Origin: Thermoplasmata archaeon
GTDB taxonomy: Archaea > Thermoplasmatota > Thermoplasmata > Lutacidiplasmatales > UBA184
NCBI GenBank assembly: GCA_035504595.1
Contig: DATJRQ010000018.1
Span: 80,143-144,142, forward strand
Direction of reading: 5' to 3'
DNA: 64,000 nucleotides
Below the pieces are notes generated by a model that was not told where the DNA came from, ran no database searches, and saw only the letters and a list, made by a program, of their open reading frames with translations. Shown one piece after another: positions 17,969-27,483 of this stretch. Position numbers and translations under genes: made by a program. Position 1 is the stretch's first letter, and each line of letters opens with the position of its first letter.

Positions 17969-18955
17969 ATGGTAGTTTTGGGGATCGAATCGACCGCCCA
18001 CACGGCTTCCGTGGGCATCGTCGGGGAGGAGGCGCGGGTGCTGGGACTCGCTTCGGACATGTATCGCCCACCGGCCGGTGGAATCCATCCCCGCGAAGCC
18101 GCGAACCACCACGTGGAGATGCTCCCCGAACTGGTTCGGAAGGCCCTCGCGGAGGCGAAGGTGGGCCCCGGAGAGATCGACGCCGTCGCGTTCGCGCAGG
18201 GCCCCGGTCTCGGGCCGTGCCTCCGCGCCGGCGCAACCGTCGCCCGAATGCTGGCCCAGGCGTGGGAGAAGCCACTCGTCCCCGTCAACCACTGCGTCGC
18301 GCACGTGGAGATCGCCCGCGTGCTGAGCGGGCTCCCCGACCCGCTGCTCCTGTACGCCAGCGGCGGCAACACGCAGGTGATCGCGTACGGCCGCGGACGC
18401 TACCGGGTCCTCGGCGAGACGCTCGACATCGGGATCGGGAACTTCCTCGACAAGCTGTGGATCGAGTTGGGCGGGACGTTCCCCGGCGGTCCGGCGCTCG
18501 AGCTGGAAGCGAAACAGGGGACCGAGATCCACGAGCTTCCGTACTCCGTCCACGGGATGGACGTCGCCTTCTCCGGCATGCTCACCGCCGCGATCGGACT
18601 CCATCGAAAGGGGGTGCCCCGGCCGGACGTTGCCTACTCCGTCGAGGCCACCGCATATTCGATGCTGACCGAGATCACCGAGCGGGCCCTCGCGCACCGG
18701 CGGCGCGACGGGGTCGTGCTCGGCGGAGGGGTGGCGTGCAACGAGCGCCTCCGAGGGATGGTTCGCTCGATGGTCGAGGAACGGGGCGGCACGATGTTCG
18801 CGCCCCCGCGGGCGATGTGCGTCGACAACGGCGCGATGATCGCGTGGACGGGCACGCTCGCGTGGAGGTCCGATCGCTCGGTCCCGATCGAGCGCTCGGG
18901 CGTCGAGCCGCGCCAGCGGACCGACCTCGTCCCCACCCCGTGGCGCACGGATTGA
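17969..18955 (+). CDS. kae1: tRNA N6-adenosine threonylcarbamoyltransferase Kae1 (not fused to Bud32)
   Basis: Track ORF with N-terminus VLGIESTAHTASVGIV and metal-binding HCVAH. ASKHA-fold blocks match Kae1/TsaD, and the 328-aa length means the Kae1 domain alone. Confidence 0.95.
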   Translation: MVVLGIESTAHTASVGIVGEEARVLGLASDMYRPPAGGIHPREAANHHVEMLPELVRKALAEAKVGPGEIDAVAFAQGPGLGPCLRAGATVARMLAQAWEKPLVPVNHCVAHVEIARVLSGLPDPLLLYASGGNTQVIAYGRGRYRVLGETLDIGIGNFLDKLWIELGGTFPGGPALELEAKQGTEIHELPYSVHGMDVAFSGMLTAAIGLHRKGVPRPDVAYSVEATAYSMLTEITERALAHRRRDGVVLGGGVACNERLRGMVRSMVEERGGTMFAPPRAMCVDNGAMIAWTGTLAWRSDRSVPIERSGVEPRQRTDLVPTPWRTD

Positions 18956-18995
18956 GCTCGGGGCGGCTTATACGCAGGGCCCCCCTCGAGGGGGC

Positions 18996-20240
18996 GTGGA
19001 GGAGGTCGACGTCCTGGTCGTCGGCGGGGGACCCGCCGGTTCGACCACTGCCCACCGGCTCGCCGAGCGCGGCCACGACGTGCTCGTGGTCGAGGAGCAC
19101 GCTCGCATCGGTCTCCCCGTCCAGTGTGCCGGGCTCGTCTCGCAGCGGGTCCTGGACCTGGCGGGCTCGCGCCGCTTCGTTCGCGCCCCCGTCCGAGGGG
19201 CGACCGTGTATGGCCCGGGCCTCGGGTCCGTTTCCTTCCGTGCAGCGGAGCCGCGCGCGTTCGTCATCGACCGCAGCGGGCTCGACATCTACCTCGCGGA
19301 CCGCGCCGCGCGATCGGGTGCTCGGTACCGGAGCGGGACCCGATTCGACGAGCTCGTGCGACGCGCGCCGGGTCGCTCGGTGGTGCGCCTCACCGGGGTC
19401 GACGGGACCTCGAGCGAGGTCGCCGCCCGCCTGGTCGTGGGGGCGGACGGCGTGTCAAGCGCGGTGGCTCGGGCGTTCCGCCTGCGGCGGCCGGTGGAGA
19501 TCCTCCCGGCCTTCGAAGCCGAGTTTCCCGCCAGTCCGGGCGAGCCGGACCTCGTAGAAGTCTACCTGGGCCGGTCGTTCGCTCCGGGGCTGTTCGGCTG
19601 GTGGATCCCGGACGGGGCGGGCGGCGCGCGGGTCGGAGTGGCCGCCGACGCGGACGGTACCAGCGCCCGCGTCTACTTCGATCACCTTCTCGAGCATCTC
19701 GCTCGGCGGTTCGGCCAACGGCTGGCCAATCCGACGGCGTATCTGGTCTCCGGCATTCCCATCGGCACCGTCCCCCGTACGAGCGGCCCGGGCGTCGCCC
19801 TGGTCGGCGACGCGGCCGCCCAAGTGAAGCCGCTCTCCGGGGGCGGGATCTTCACCGGCATGCGGTGCGCCGAGATCCTGGCCGGCGTGGCCGACGGGGC
19901 GCTCCGCCAGGGGGACGCGACGGAGGCGGCGCTGGCGGAGTACGACCGCCGATGGCGCGCGGAGCTTGACGAGGAGTTCCGGCGCGCGCTCTATCTACGG
20001 CGGGTGTTCACCCGGCTATCGGACCCCGACCTCGACGCGATCGTCGCCGCTCTCCAGGGGGCGGGACTCACCGCGACGATCGTCGCCTTCGGGGACATCG
20101 ATTTCCCGACGCACGTCGTGCGCCAGCTCCTCCGTCAGTCCCCGTCCCTCGTGCGCTTGCTCCCGAAGGCGGTCGGGGCCTGGTGGTCGTCGTCGGCCCT
20201 CCGCGTTCCGGACTTGGACGTGGGCCCCCTTCGGAAGTAG
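18996..20240 (+). CDS. geranylgeranyl reductase family flavoprotein (digeranylgeranylglycerophospholipid reductase-like)
   Basis: Track ORF with FAD GxGxxG (VLVVGGGPAGSTTA) and GDAAAQVKPLSGGGI typical of the GGR family. Confidence 0.85.
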   Translation: MEEVDVLVVGGGPAGSTTAHRLAERGHDVLVVEEHARIGLPVQCAGLVSQRVLDLAGSRRFVRAPVRGATVYGPGLGSVSFRAAEPRAFVIDRSGLDIYLADRAARSGARYRSGTRFDELVRRAPGRSVVRLTGVDGTSSEVAARLVVGADGVSSAVARAFRLRRPVEILPAFEAEFPASPGEPDLVEVYLGRSFAPGLFGWWIPDGAGGARVGVAADADGTSARVYFDHLLEHLARRFGQRLANPTAYLVSGIPIGTVPRTSGPGVALVGDAAAQVKPLSGGGIFTGMRCAEILAGVADGALRQGDATEAALAEYDRRWRAELDEEFRRALYLRRVFTRLSDPDLDAIVAALQGAGLTATIVAFGDIDFPTHVVRQLLRQSPSLVRLLPKAVGAWWSSSALRVPDLDVGPLRK

Positions 20241-21022
20241 GTCCAGGCCCCGATCCCGACGAGGACCGCCGCGGCCACGAGCACCAGGGGCAGGACGACC
20301 GGGAAATCGGACGCCTCCACCACGATCGCGGTCTCGGTGAGGACCCCCGAGACGCCGAGCCGACTCAGGTTGAGGGTTGCGCTGCCGTTCGGGAGCTGCG
20401 TCGCGTTCGCCCACTGGGCCGCGGTGAACCATCCCCGGGATTCGAGGAGATAGCCGGTCGAGTTCTCGACGAACGAGAGCGAGACCCGGACCGCGAACGT
20501 TCCGCTGGGGGTGCTGGCGGATGTCGCCACGCCCACGGACCCGCGGTAGACCCCGGCCGGCGCCAGGGAGCCGACCGAGACGACGACCGAGCCGCCCGAC
20601 GAGATCGAGTTCGACAGGACCGGGGCGCCCGCGACGGTGACCGTGCTCGTGGCGTTACCCGGGAACGCGTTGAACGCGTACACCTGGAGCGTGAGGGCCG
20701 CCTGCGAGATCGCCCCGGACAAGGGATTCGCCACGGAGAAGGCGATCGAACCGGAGCCCCCGGGCATCAACGAGGGGGCCGAAAGATTGCCGAGGAAGGC
20801 ACGGTCGTAGGCAAGCGGCAACGCGGGATACCCGGCCACCGCTGGCCCGGGCGCTCCCGCGAGCGCGAGCAGGCTCGCCACGACGGCGATCGAACCGACC
20901 GCGCGGACGAGCGCTCTGGACCCCCGGCTACGCACCGGGCTCCTCCGGGAACCGCCCGCTCTCCGCGAGCGCGACGAGTCGCCGGATCCGCTCGACTGCC
21001 TGCCGGCGCCCGCGACGGCCAC
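20135..21022 (-). CDS. exported, sequon-rich protein with N-terminal signal/anchor and C-terminal TM helix
   Basis: Track ORF with hydrophobic AVGSIAVVASLLALAGAPG near the N-terminus and several N-x-S/T sequons (NLS, NAT, NST, NGS). A C-terminal helix VVLPLVLVAAAVLVGIGAW is followed by a basic tail. Start is uncertain: GTG 21022 overlaps the upstream gene by 95 nt. Confidence 0.55.
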   Translation of the reverse strand: MAVAGAGRQSSGSGDSSRSRRAGGSRRSPVRSRGSRALVRAVGSIAVVASLLALAGAPGPAVAGYPALPLAYDRAFLGNLSAPSLMPGGSGSIAFSVANPLSGAISQAALTLQVYAFNAFPGNATSTVTVAGAPVLSNSISSGGSVVVSVGSLAPAGVYRGSVGVATSASTPSGTFAVRVSLSFVENSTGYLLESRGWFTAAQWANATQLPNGSATLNLSRLGVSGVLTETAIVVEASDFPVVLPLVLVAAAVLVGIGAWTYFRRGPTSKSGTRRADDDHQAPTAFGSKRTRDGD

Positions 21023-21818
21023 CCGGCCCCAGGAGGCCCGGTGCGACCCGGCCCATCTCGGGTCGACTCGCCTTGAAAAGCGCGCGGGCGAGCGCCCGCG
21101 GGCGCCGGGTCAGCTCGACCGCGTCCAGATCCGCCCGGTACTCTTCCCGCTCGGTGAGCCGACTCGCGAAGTACGCGAGGATCGGGTCCCAGCGCATCAT
21201 ACGTGCGAGGGTACGCACGAACGTGAGGTACCGGCCGTCAAGCTCGCGGATGTGCCCCAGTTCGTGGGCGACCACCGCGGCGCGCTCCTCGTCGGACAGC
21301 ACGCGCATGAGTCCGTCGGACAGGAGGATCACGTCGCGACGCCGGGGCCGGCCGCCCGGGCCCACTTGGAGGAGGGTGAACGTGAACGCTTCGACCCGGT
21401 CGGCGGGGAACGCGAGCAATTGGGTCGGAGAGTCCGGCCGAGGAACGCTCTCCGGCCACGTCAGCTCCCGCGGCTTCAGGATCGCCAGGAACCCGCGGCC
21501 GACCGCCTGGCTCAGCAGGAACGCGGTCAGGAAGATCGCGAACGCGCCGACCGCTCCGAACGCCCAGACGAGGGCGAATCGCGGCTGCACGAGGAGAGTC
21601 GGGTCCGTCGCGAGGCGCACGACCGCGCTCCAACCGCCCGCCGACAGCACCCAGACGAGACCCGTGGTCGCAAAGACGGCCCAACAGGCCAGGAAGGCCA
21701 CCGCGAGACGGAACACCACGGTCGAGGTGGACTGGCGATACGCCAGGAGGAGTCCGACGCCGACCGCGACCCACGCGAGGACGGGAATGTAGAGGAGCCC
21801 GACGACCGGAGCGGTCAC
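20928..21818 (-). CDS. membrane zinc metalloprotease, M48/M56 (BlaR1-like protease domain only)
   Basis: Track ORF with about 4 N-terminal TM helices, then HEXXH (VVAHELGHI) and a downstream EREEYRAD. It sits immediately downstream of a BlaI-family repressor. Confidence 0.8.
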   Translation of the reverse strand: MTAPVVGLLYIPVLAWVAVGVGLLLAYRQSTSTVVFRLAVAFLACWAVFATTGLVWVLSAGGWSAVVRLATDPTLLVQPRFALVWAFGAVGAFAIFLTAFLLSQAVGRGFLAILKPRELTWPESVPRPDSPTQLLAFPADRVEAFTFTLLQVGPGGRPRRRDVILLSDGLMRVLSDEERAAVVAHELGHIRELDGRYLTFVRTLARMMRWDPILAYFASRLTEREEYRADLDAVELTRRPRALARALFKASRPEMGRVAPGLLGPGGRRGRRQAVERIRRLVALAESGRFPEEPGA

Positions 21819-21831
21819 GAGGACCTCCGCG

Positions 21832-22197
21832 TCACTCCAACCCGAGCCGCCGCTTGAACTCGCGTTCCTCGGACGGGTTCAGCTTGGCGATCTCTTCGTT
21901 CAAGTGGACGACTCCTGCGGGGCCGAACATCGCCACGACCCCCTTGAGCAAGTTCCGCAGATATTTCTGCTCCACGTCCGCCGTACGATAGACGTATCGT
22001 TCGCCGCCCCGGCACGTCTCCCGACGGCGACGCACCAACCCCTTGTCGTACAGGCGCGACAGGATCGTGGCCACGGTCGTGTAGGCGACGCGCGTTCCGC
22101 CCTTCTCGAGCGATTTGCGCACGTCGCGGGCCGGGGCCTCGTCGAGCTCGCGCAGGGCCGCCAGGACTTCCGTCTCGAGGGCCCCGATCATCTCCAC
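21832..22197 (-). CDS. BlaI/MecI/CopY family transcriptional repressor
   Basis: Track ORF with penicillinase-repressor signature AYTTVATILSRLYDKGLVRR...YVY. Confidence 0.85.
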   Translation of the reverse strand: MEMIGALETEVLAALRELDEAPARDVRKSLEKGGTRVAYTTVATILSRLYDKGLVRRRRETCRGGERYVYRTADVEQKYLRNLLKGVVAMFGPAGVVHLNEEIAKLNPSEEREFKRRLGLE

Positions 22198-22341
22198 GGC
22201 CGCGGGCGAACGAGCCGCGGAGGCGCCTTAATACATAGGGCGGAGGGGAACGAACGAGTATGTACCACTCCTATTCCCGGCCCCGCGAGCGGTCCGCGAC
22301 CGGGGCGAACTGTTTAGGGAGGGACCTTCTTCGAGGCCGCC

Positions 22342-23742
22342 GTGCCCGACGTTCCCGCCGGTCCGCAGTCGGTTCTCGACCTGGTGGGGAACACCCCGGT
22401 GATCCCGTTGCGCCGGGTGGTCCACGGGCTTCCGTATCGAGTGCTCGCGAAGCTCGAGTTCCTCAACCCGGGCGGCTCGGTGAAGGACCGGATCGGCCAG
22501 GTGATGATCGATGACGCGGAGAAACGGGGGCTCCTCAAACCGGGCGGGACGATCGTTGAAGCGACCAGCGGGAACACCGGGGTCGGTCTCGCCCTGATCG
22601 CCGCGGTGCGCGGCTACCGCGTGGTGTTCGTCCTGCCCGACAAGATGAGTTCGGAGAAGATCCGACTGCTCCGTTCGTATGGAGCCCGCGTCGTCATCAC
22701 CCCGAGCGGGGTCCCCCCCGACCATCCGATGAGCCACTACTCGGTCGCAAAACGGCTCGCCCGGGAGATCCCGGGGGCCTACTATCCGAACCAGTACGAG
22801 AATCCGGGGAACCCCGACGCCCACTACCGCTCGACCGGGCCGGAGATCGACCGCGCCGTCGGGAACGACCTCGCGGCCGTCATCGGGACGGTCGGTACCG
22901 GCGGGACGATGAGCGGCATCGGGCGGTACTTCAAGGAGCACCGCCCGACGGTCCGGATCGTGGCGGTCGACCCCAAGGGCTCGATCCTGGGACACTACTT
23001 CGAGTCGCATGAGCTCGCGAAGGCGGTCCCGTACTTGGTCGAGGGGATCGGCGAGGACATGATACCGAAGACGATCCACTTTCAGTACCTCGACGAGTTC
23101 GTCGAGGTGAACGACGGCGAGTCGTTCCACATGGCGCGTCGTCTCGCGCGCGAAGAAGGGCTGTTCGTCGGCGGCTCTTCCGGCTCGGCCGTCGCGGGCG
23201 CGGTCAAATGGCTGGCGAAGCGCCCGCTGCCCGAGGGCGCCACGGTCGTCGTGATCCTGCCGGACTCGGGCGACCGGTATCTGTCGAAATTCTACTCCGA
23301 CGATTGGATGCGGGAGAAGGGGTTCCTCGACATCGGCTCAACGGCCCGCGACCTCCTCGCGCGGAAGTCCGGAACGCCGGCGCTGGTGAGCGTGGACCCC
23401 ACGACGGTCGTGCGCGACGCGCTCGGTATCCTGCGCCACCACGGGATCTCGCAGTTGCCGGTCCTGGCGGGTCCCCAGAACGTCGGGAGCCTCCAGGAGG
23501 ACGAGATCCTGCGACGCGGGCTCGCCGACGAGACCGTCCTCGATCGGTCGGTCTCGGCCGTCGTCCAGCCACCGTTCCCGGAGGTCCCGGCCGACACGCC
23601 GGTCGCCGAGGTTCTCCACCGGTTGAAGGAGGAGAAGGTCCTCCTCGTCCGCGACGTCGTGACCGGCACTCCGATCGGTCTGCTGACCCGCCACGACATC
23701 GTCGGCTTCCTGTCCGAGCAGGGAGGTCCGAATGCGGTTTGA
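22342..23742 (+). CDS. cystathionine beta-synthase-type PLP enzyme (CysK fold + C-terminal CBS-domain pair)
   Basis: Track ORF with PLP-lysine motif FLNPGGSVKDR and GNTGVGLA. The C-terminal ~130 aa are CBS-pair-like (HGISQLPVL..., VLLVRD...GLLTRHDIV). Confidence 0.85.
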   Translation: MPDVPAGPQSVLDLVGNTPVIPLRRVVHGLPYRVLAKLEFLNPGGSVKDRIGQVMIDDAEKRGLLKPGGTIVEATSGNTGVGLALIAAVRGYRVVFVLPDKMSSEKIRLLRSYGARVVITPSGVPPDHPMSHYSVAKRLAREIPGAYYPNQYENPGNPDAHYRSTGPEIDRAVGNDLAAVIGTVGTGGTMSGIGRYFKEHRPTVRIVAVDPKGSILGHYFESHELAKAVPYLVEGIGEDMIPKTIHFQYLDEFVEVNDGESFHMARRLAREEGLFVGGSSGSAVAGAVKWLAKRPLPEGATVVVILPDSGDRYLSKFYSDDWMREKGFLDIGSTARDLLARKSGTPALVSVDPTTVVRDALGILRHHGISQLPVLAGPQNVGSLQEDEILRRGLADETVLDRSVSAVVQPPFPEVPADTPVAEVLHRLKEEKVLLVRDVVTGTPIGLLTRHDIVGFLSEQGGPNAV

Positions 23743-24877
23743 CACGCGCGCGATCCACGGCGCCCAGCCCGCCGACCCGTTGACGGGCGCGGTCAACGTT
23801 CCGATCTACCTCTCGAGCACCTTCCGCCAGTCGGCGCCCAACCGGAACCGCGGGTATGTCTACAGCCGGTCGGCGAACCCGACGCGCCATATGCTCGAGG
23901 ACGCGCTCGCCTCCGTGGAGGGCGGCCGCGCGGGCCTTGCGTTCTCTTCGGGTCTCGGCGCCTTGACGACGCTCCTCGAAGCGTTCCCGACGGGGAGCCG
24001 CATCGTGTCGGTCGACGACCTGTACGGCGGGACGTGGCGCCTGTTCGAGCACCACCGCCGCCAGTTCGGCATCCGGGTGGAGTACGTCGACATGACCAGG
24101 ACCGAGAACGTTGCGGCGGCGGTAGCGAGGGCCCGGACCGACCTTGTCTACCTCGAGACCCCGACGAACCCGCTCCTTCGGATCGTGGACATCCGGGCGG
24201 TCGCTCGGATCGCGCATCGCGCGGGCGCCCCCGTCGTCGTGGACAACACGTTCGCCTCTCCCGCGAACCAGCGACCGATCGAGCTCGGGGCGGACGTTGT
24301 GCTCCACTCGACCACGAAGTATCTCGGCGGGCACTCGGACATCATCGGGGGGGCGCTCGTCCTGAAGGATGCGACGCAGGCCGAACGGTACGCGTGGCTT
24401 CAGAACGCGGTCGGAGCCGTTCCGAGCCCGTTCGATTGCTTTCTGGTGCTGCGCGGTCTACACACGCTCGGGGCCCGGATGCGGGCGCACGAGGCGAGCG
24501 CCCGGGCGGTCGCCGAGGTGCTCGAATCCCACCGCAAGGCGCGGGCGGTGTACTATCCGGGCCGGCCCAGCCACGCGCAGCATCGCCTGGCGCGGCGGCA
24601 GATGGACGGATTCGGCGGCATCGTGACGTTCGACATCGCCGGAGGTCGTTCGGCGGCGCTTCGATTCCTGCGCGAGCTGAGGGTGTTCACCCTCGCCGAG
24701 AGTCTGGGCGGGGTGGAGTCGCTCGTCGACCACCCGGCCTCCATGACCCACGCGAGCGTTCCGAAGAAGGAGCGCGAAGCCCACGGGGTCACCGACGGCC
24801 TCCTGCGGCTGTCGTGCGGGATCGAAGACCCGGCCGACCTCGCCGACGACGTACGCGCGGCGCTGGGGAGGGTGTGA
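23732..24877 (+). CDS. cystathionine gamma-lyase/gamma-synthase family PLP enzyme
   Basis: Track ORF of the Cys/Met-metabolism PLP family with lysine motif STTKYLGGHSD. It overlaps the upstream stop by 11 nt. Confidence 0.9.
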   Translation: MRFDTRAIHGAQPADPLTGAVNVPIYLSSTFRQSAPNRNRGYVYSRSANPTRHMLEDALASVEGGRAGLAFSSGLGALTTLLEAFPTGSRIVSVDDLYGGTWRLFEHHRRQFGIRVEYVDMTRTENVAAAVARARTDLVYLETPTNPLLRIVDIRAVARIAHRAGAPVVVDNTFASPANQRPIELGADVVLHSTTKYLGGHSDIIGGALVLKDATQAERYAWLQNAVGAVPSPFDCFLVLRGLHTLGARMRAHEASARAVAEVLESHRKARAVYYPGRPSHAQHRLARRQMDGFGGIVTFDIAGGRSAALRFLRELRVFTLAESLGGVESLVDHPASMTHASVPKKEREAHGVTDGLLRLSCGIEDPADLADDVRAALGRV

Positions 24878-24880
24878 GGC

Positions 24881-26317
24881 ATGCGGCGGGTGCAGCTGTA
24901 CGATACCCGGACGCGGTCCGTTCGGGGGTTTGCGCCGATCGTGCCCCCGCGGGTCGGGCTGTATGTCTGCGGCCTGACCCCGTACGCGCCGGCGCACGTC
25001 GGACACGGTCGCACGTTCGTCGTCTTCGACATGGTCGTTCGGGCGCTCCGCCGGTGGGGCTACCGGGTCTTTTATGTACAGAACGTCACGAACCTCGACG
25101 ACAAGTTGATCACCCGGGCCGCGGAAGAAGGGGATGACCCGCTCGCGCTCGCGGAGCGGCATTTCCTCGATTACCGGCGGTCGATGGAGCGGCTCGGCGT
25201 CCGTTCGGTCGACTATTACCCGTTCGCGACGGACTATGTGCCCGAGATCCTGGAGCAGATCCGCGTGCTCGTCGAGAAGGGGTTCGCGTACGTCGCGTCG
25301 GACGGCTCGGTGTACTTCGACGTGGGGAAGTTCCCGCACTACGGGGCCCTGTCGGGCCAGAAGGTTGCGGCGCTCCAGCCCGGAGCGCGGGTGGAACTCG
25401 ACGCCCGGAAGCGCGCGCCCGAGGATTTCGTCATCTGGAAGGCGACGACCCCGGGGGAACCGAGCTGGGAGAGCCCGTACGGCCCGGGGCGGCCCGGATG
25501 GCACGTCGAGGATACGGCGATGACCGGCAAACTGCTCGGCGCCCGGTACGACCTCCACGGCGCGGGCCTCGACCTCATCTTTCCCCACCACGAAGCGGAG
25601 ATCGCGCTCTCCGAGTCCGCCACCGGGGTCGCCCCGATGGTCAACTACTGGATGCACTCCGGCTTTGTGACGATGACCGGTGAAAAAATGTCGAAATCGA
25701 TCGGAAATGTCGTCTCGCTCGAGAAGGCGATCGACGAGTTCGGCCCCGGGGTCCTGCGGTTCTACTACCTGAACGCCCACTACCGGAGCCCGGTCGATTT
25801 CGAGCCGGGGGTGAGTCTCGAGCAAGCCCGCGAGGCGTACGCTCGTCTCGCCCAACCGGCGGACCGCATCGCCGAGCTGATCGAGCGCGACGGCCCCGAG
25901 CGGGCGGGCGACCCCCTGCCGACGGACCTCGCTTCCGCGAGCGAGCAGCTCGTGGAACAGCTCGACGCGACGCTCGCGGAGGACTTTCACTCGCGCGAGG
26001 CGATCGCCCTGCTGTTCGGCTGGACCCGTCGCGTGGGGGAACTGGGAGCCGGCGTCGAGCATCTCTCCGGCGAGGCGCTCGGCTCGCTGGTGGCCCCCTA
26101 CGAGTGGGCCCAGGAGGTGCTCGGGTTCTTCGAGCGGGCCCCCGCGGCTCGGGCCGGAGGTTGGGCGGCGGTCGTCCCGCTGCTGCTCGCCGCGCGACGT
26201 CGGGCCCGGGACCGGGGCGACTACGCGGAAGCGGACCGGATCCGCGACGAGCTCCGCGCGGCGGGGGTCACGGTCGAGGACGGCCCCGACGGGAGCCGTT
26301 GGGAATTCGCGAAGTAG
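24881..26317 (+). CDS. cysS: cysteine--tRNA ligase
   Basis: Track ORF with HIGH-type motif (APAHVGHGRT) and KMSKS. It starts 3 nt after the previous stop. Confidence 0.95.
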   Translation: MRRVQLYDTRTRSVRGFAPIVPPRVGLYVCGLTPYAPAHVGHGRTFVVFDMVVRALRRWGYRVFYVQNVTNLDDKLITRAAEEGDDPLALAERHFLDYRRSMERLGVRSVDYYPFATDYVPEILEQIRVLVEKGFAYVASDGSVYFDVGKFPHYGALSGQKVAALQPGARVELDARKRAPEDFVIWKATTPGEPSWESPYGPGRPGWHVEDTAMTGKLLGARYDLHGAGLDLIFPHHEAEIALSESATGVAPMVNYWMHSGFVTMTGEKMSKSIGNVVSLEKAIDEFGPGVLRFYYLNAHYRSPVDFEPGVSLEQAREAYARLAQPADRIAELIERDGPERAGDPLPTDLASASEQLVEQLDATLAEDFHSREAIALLFGWTRRVGELGAGVEHLSGEALGSLVAPYEWAQEVLGFFERAPAARAGGWAAVVPLLLAARRRARDRGDYAEADRIRDELRAAGVTVEDGPDGSRWEFAK

Positions 26318-26325
26318 GCGGGACG

Positions 26326-27369
26326 ATGCGGGGGTTCGGATTCTCCGAGCACGGGGGCCTCGAACGTCTCGAGTTCGTGGAGATCGCCGAGCCCGAGCCC
26401 GGCCCCGGTGAGGTTCGGGTGGCCGTGCGCGCCGCGGCGTTCAACCGACTGGACCGGTTCACCCTCGCGGGGATCCCCGGGGTCCCGGTCGCGCGGCCTC
26501 ACGTCCTCGGCTCGGACGGTGCCGGCGTGGTCGACCGATGGGGCGCCGATGTCGGGGGATTCTCGCGGGGACAGGCCGTACTGCTGAACCCGGGGATCTG
26601 GGACGGGACGTGCGAGGCCTGTCGGCGGGGGCAGGAATCCCTTTGTCGTTCGTACCGGATCCTGGGCGAGCACACCCAGGGCTCCGCGACGCGGTTCGTC
26701 GTTCTCCCCGCTCGGAACGTTCACCCCCTTCCCGAGCGCCTCTCGTTCGCGGAGGGCGCCGCAGCGCCACTCGTTTTTCAAACCGCGTGGCGGGCGATGA
26801 AGACCGTCGGGGCTGTCGCTCCGGGCGATCGGGTCGCGGTCGTCGGGGCCGGAGGAGGCGTTCCCACCGCGGTCGTCCAGGTCGCGAAGTTGCTCGGCGC
26901 CACGGTCGTCGTCGCCTCCCGGTCCGCGGAGAAAGCGGAACGCGCGCGCGCGCTGGGGGCCGACGACACCGTCGTGTTCGATTCGGCGGACCACCCGCTC
27001 GACCGGGTGCTATGGCAATGGAGCGAGAAGAACGGCATGGACGTCATCTTCGATTCGGTCGGGACCGCCACCCTCCCCCGGTCGCTGCGCGCGCTCGCGC
27101 GGGGCGGCCGGGTCGTGGTGATCGGGGCGACGACCGGGCCGATGGCCGAGATCGACCTTCGGACCCTGTTCTGGCGCCAGGCATCGATCCGGGGCAGCAC
27201 GATGGCCGACGCTCGGGAGTTCCAGGAGGTACTGGCCCACCTGGCGGCGGGGCGGCTCCGGCCGGTCGTCGACTCCGAGCGCCCCCTCGCGGAGGCGGCC
27301 GACGCGTTCCGCCGGTTCGACGATCCGGAGTTGTTCGGGAAGATCGTGGTGACCGTGCCCCCCGACTAG
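26326..27369 (+). CDS. zinc-binding alcohol dehydrogenase / quinone oxidoreductase family (MDR)
   Basis: Last 347 codons of track ORF 26104..27369, from ATG 26326 (MRGFGFSEHGG...). GEVRV, Cys cluster CEACRRGQESLC and nucleotide fold VVGAGGGV are present. Confidence 0.85.
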   Translation: MRGFGFSEHGGLERLEFVEIAEPEPGPGEVRVAVRAAAFNRLDRFTLAGIPGVPVARPHVLGSDGAGVVDRWGADVGGFSRGQAVLLNPGIWDGTCEACRRGQESLCRSYRILGEHTQGSATRFVVLPARNVHPLPERLSFAEGAAAPLVFQTAWRAMKTVGAVAPGDRVAVVGAGGGVPTAVVQVAKLLGATVVVASRSAEKAERARALGADDTVVFDSADHPLDRVLWQWSEKNGMDVIFDSVGTATLPRSLRALARGGRVVVIGATTGPMAEIDLRTLFWRQASIRGSTMADAREFQEVLAHLAAGRLRPVVDSERPLAEAADAFRRFDDPELFGKIVVTVPPD

Positions 27370-27451
27370 CCCGCCGGGGCATCGCCCCCGACGGATTCGG
27401 CCCGTCGGCGGTCGGATATGTACCAATTCCTGCGCGCTTCCCGCCGTAGGA

Positions 27452-27459
27452 TTCAAATA
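27452..27459 (+). promoter_or_regulatory. TATA-like box TTCAAATA
   Basis: Located 25-32 nt upstream of in-frame GTG 27484 of the large surface-protein gene. Confidence 0.35.
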
Positions 27460-27483
27460 CAGGAAACCGGCCTCTTTTCGTCC

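Noticed and set aside
22228-22265. TACA...TGTA elements upstream of the BlaI-like gene as a definite operator
   Set aside because: The half-sites are short and their spacing differs from the staphylococcal BlaI/MecI dyads I remember. They are kept only as a remark in the finding.
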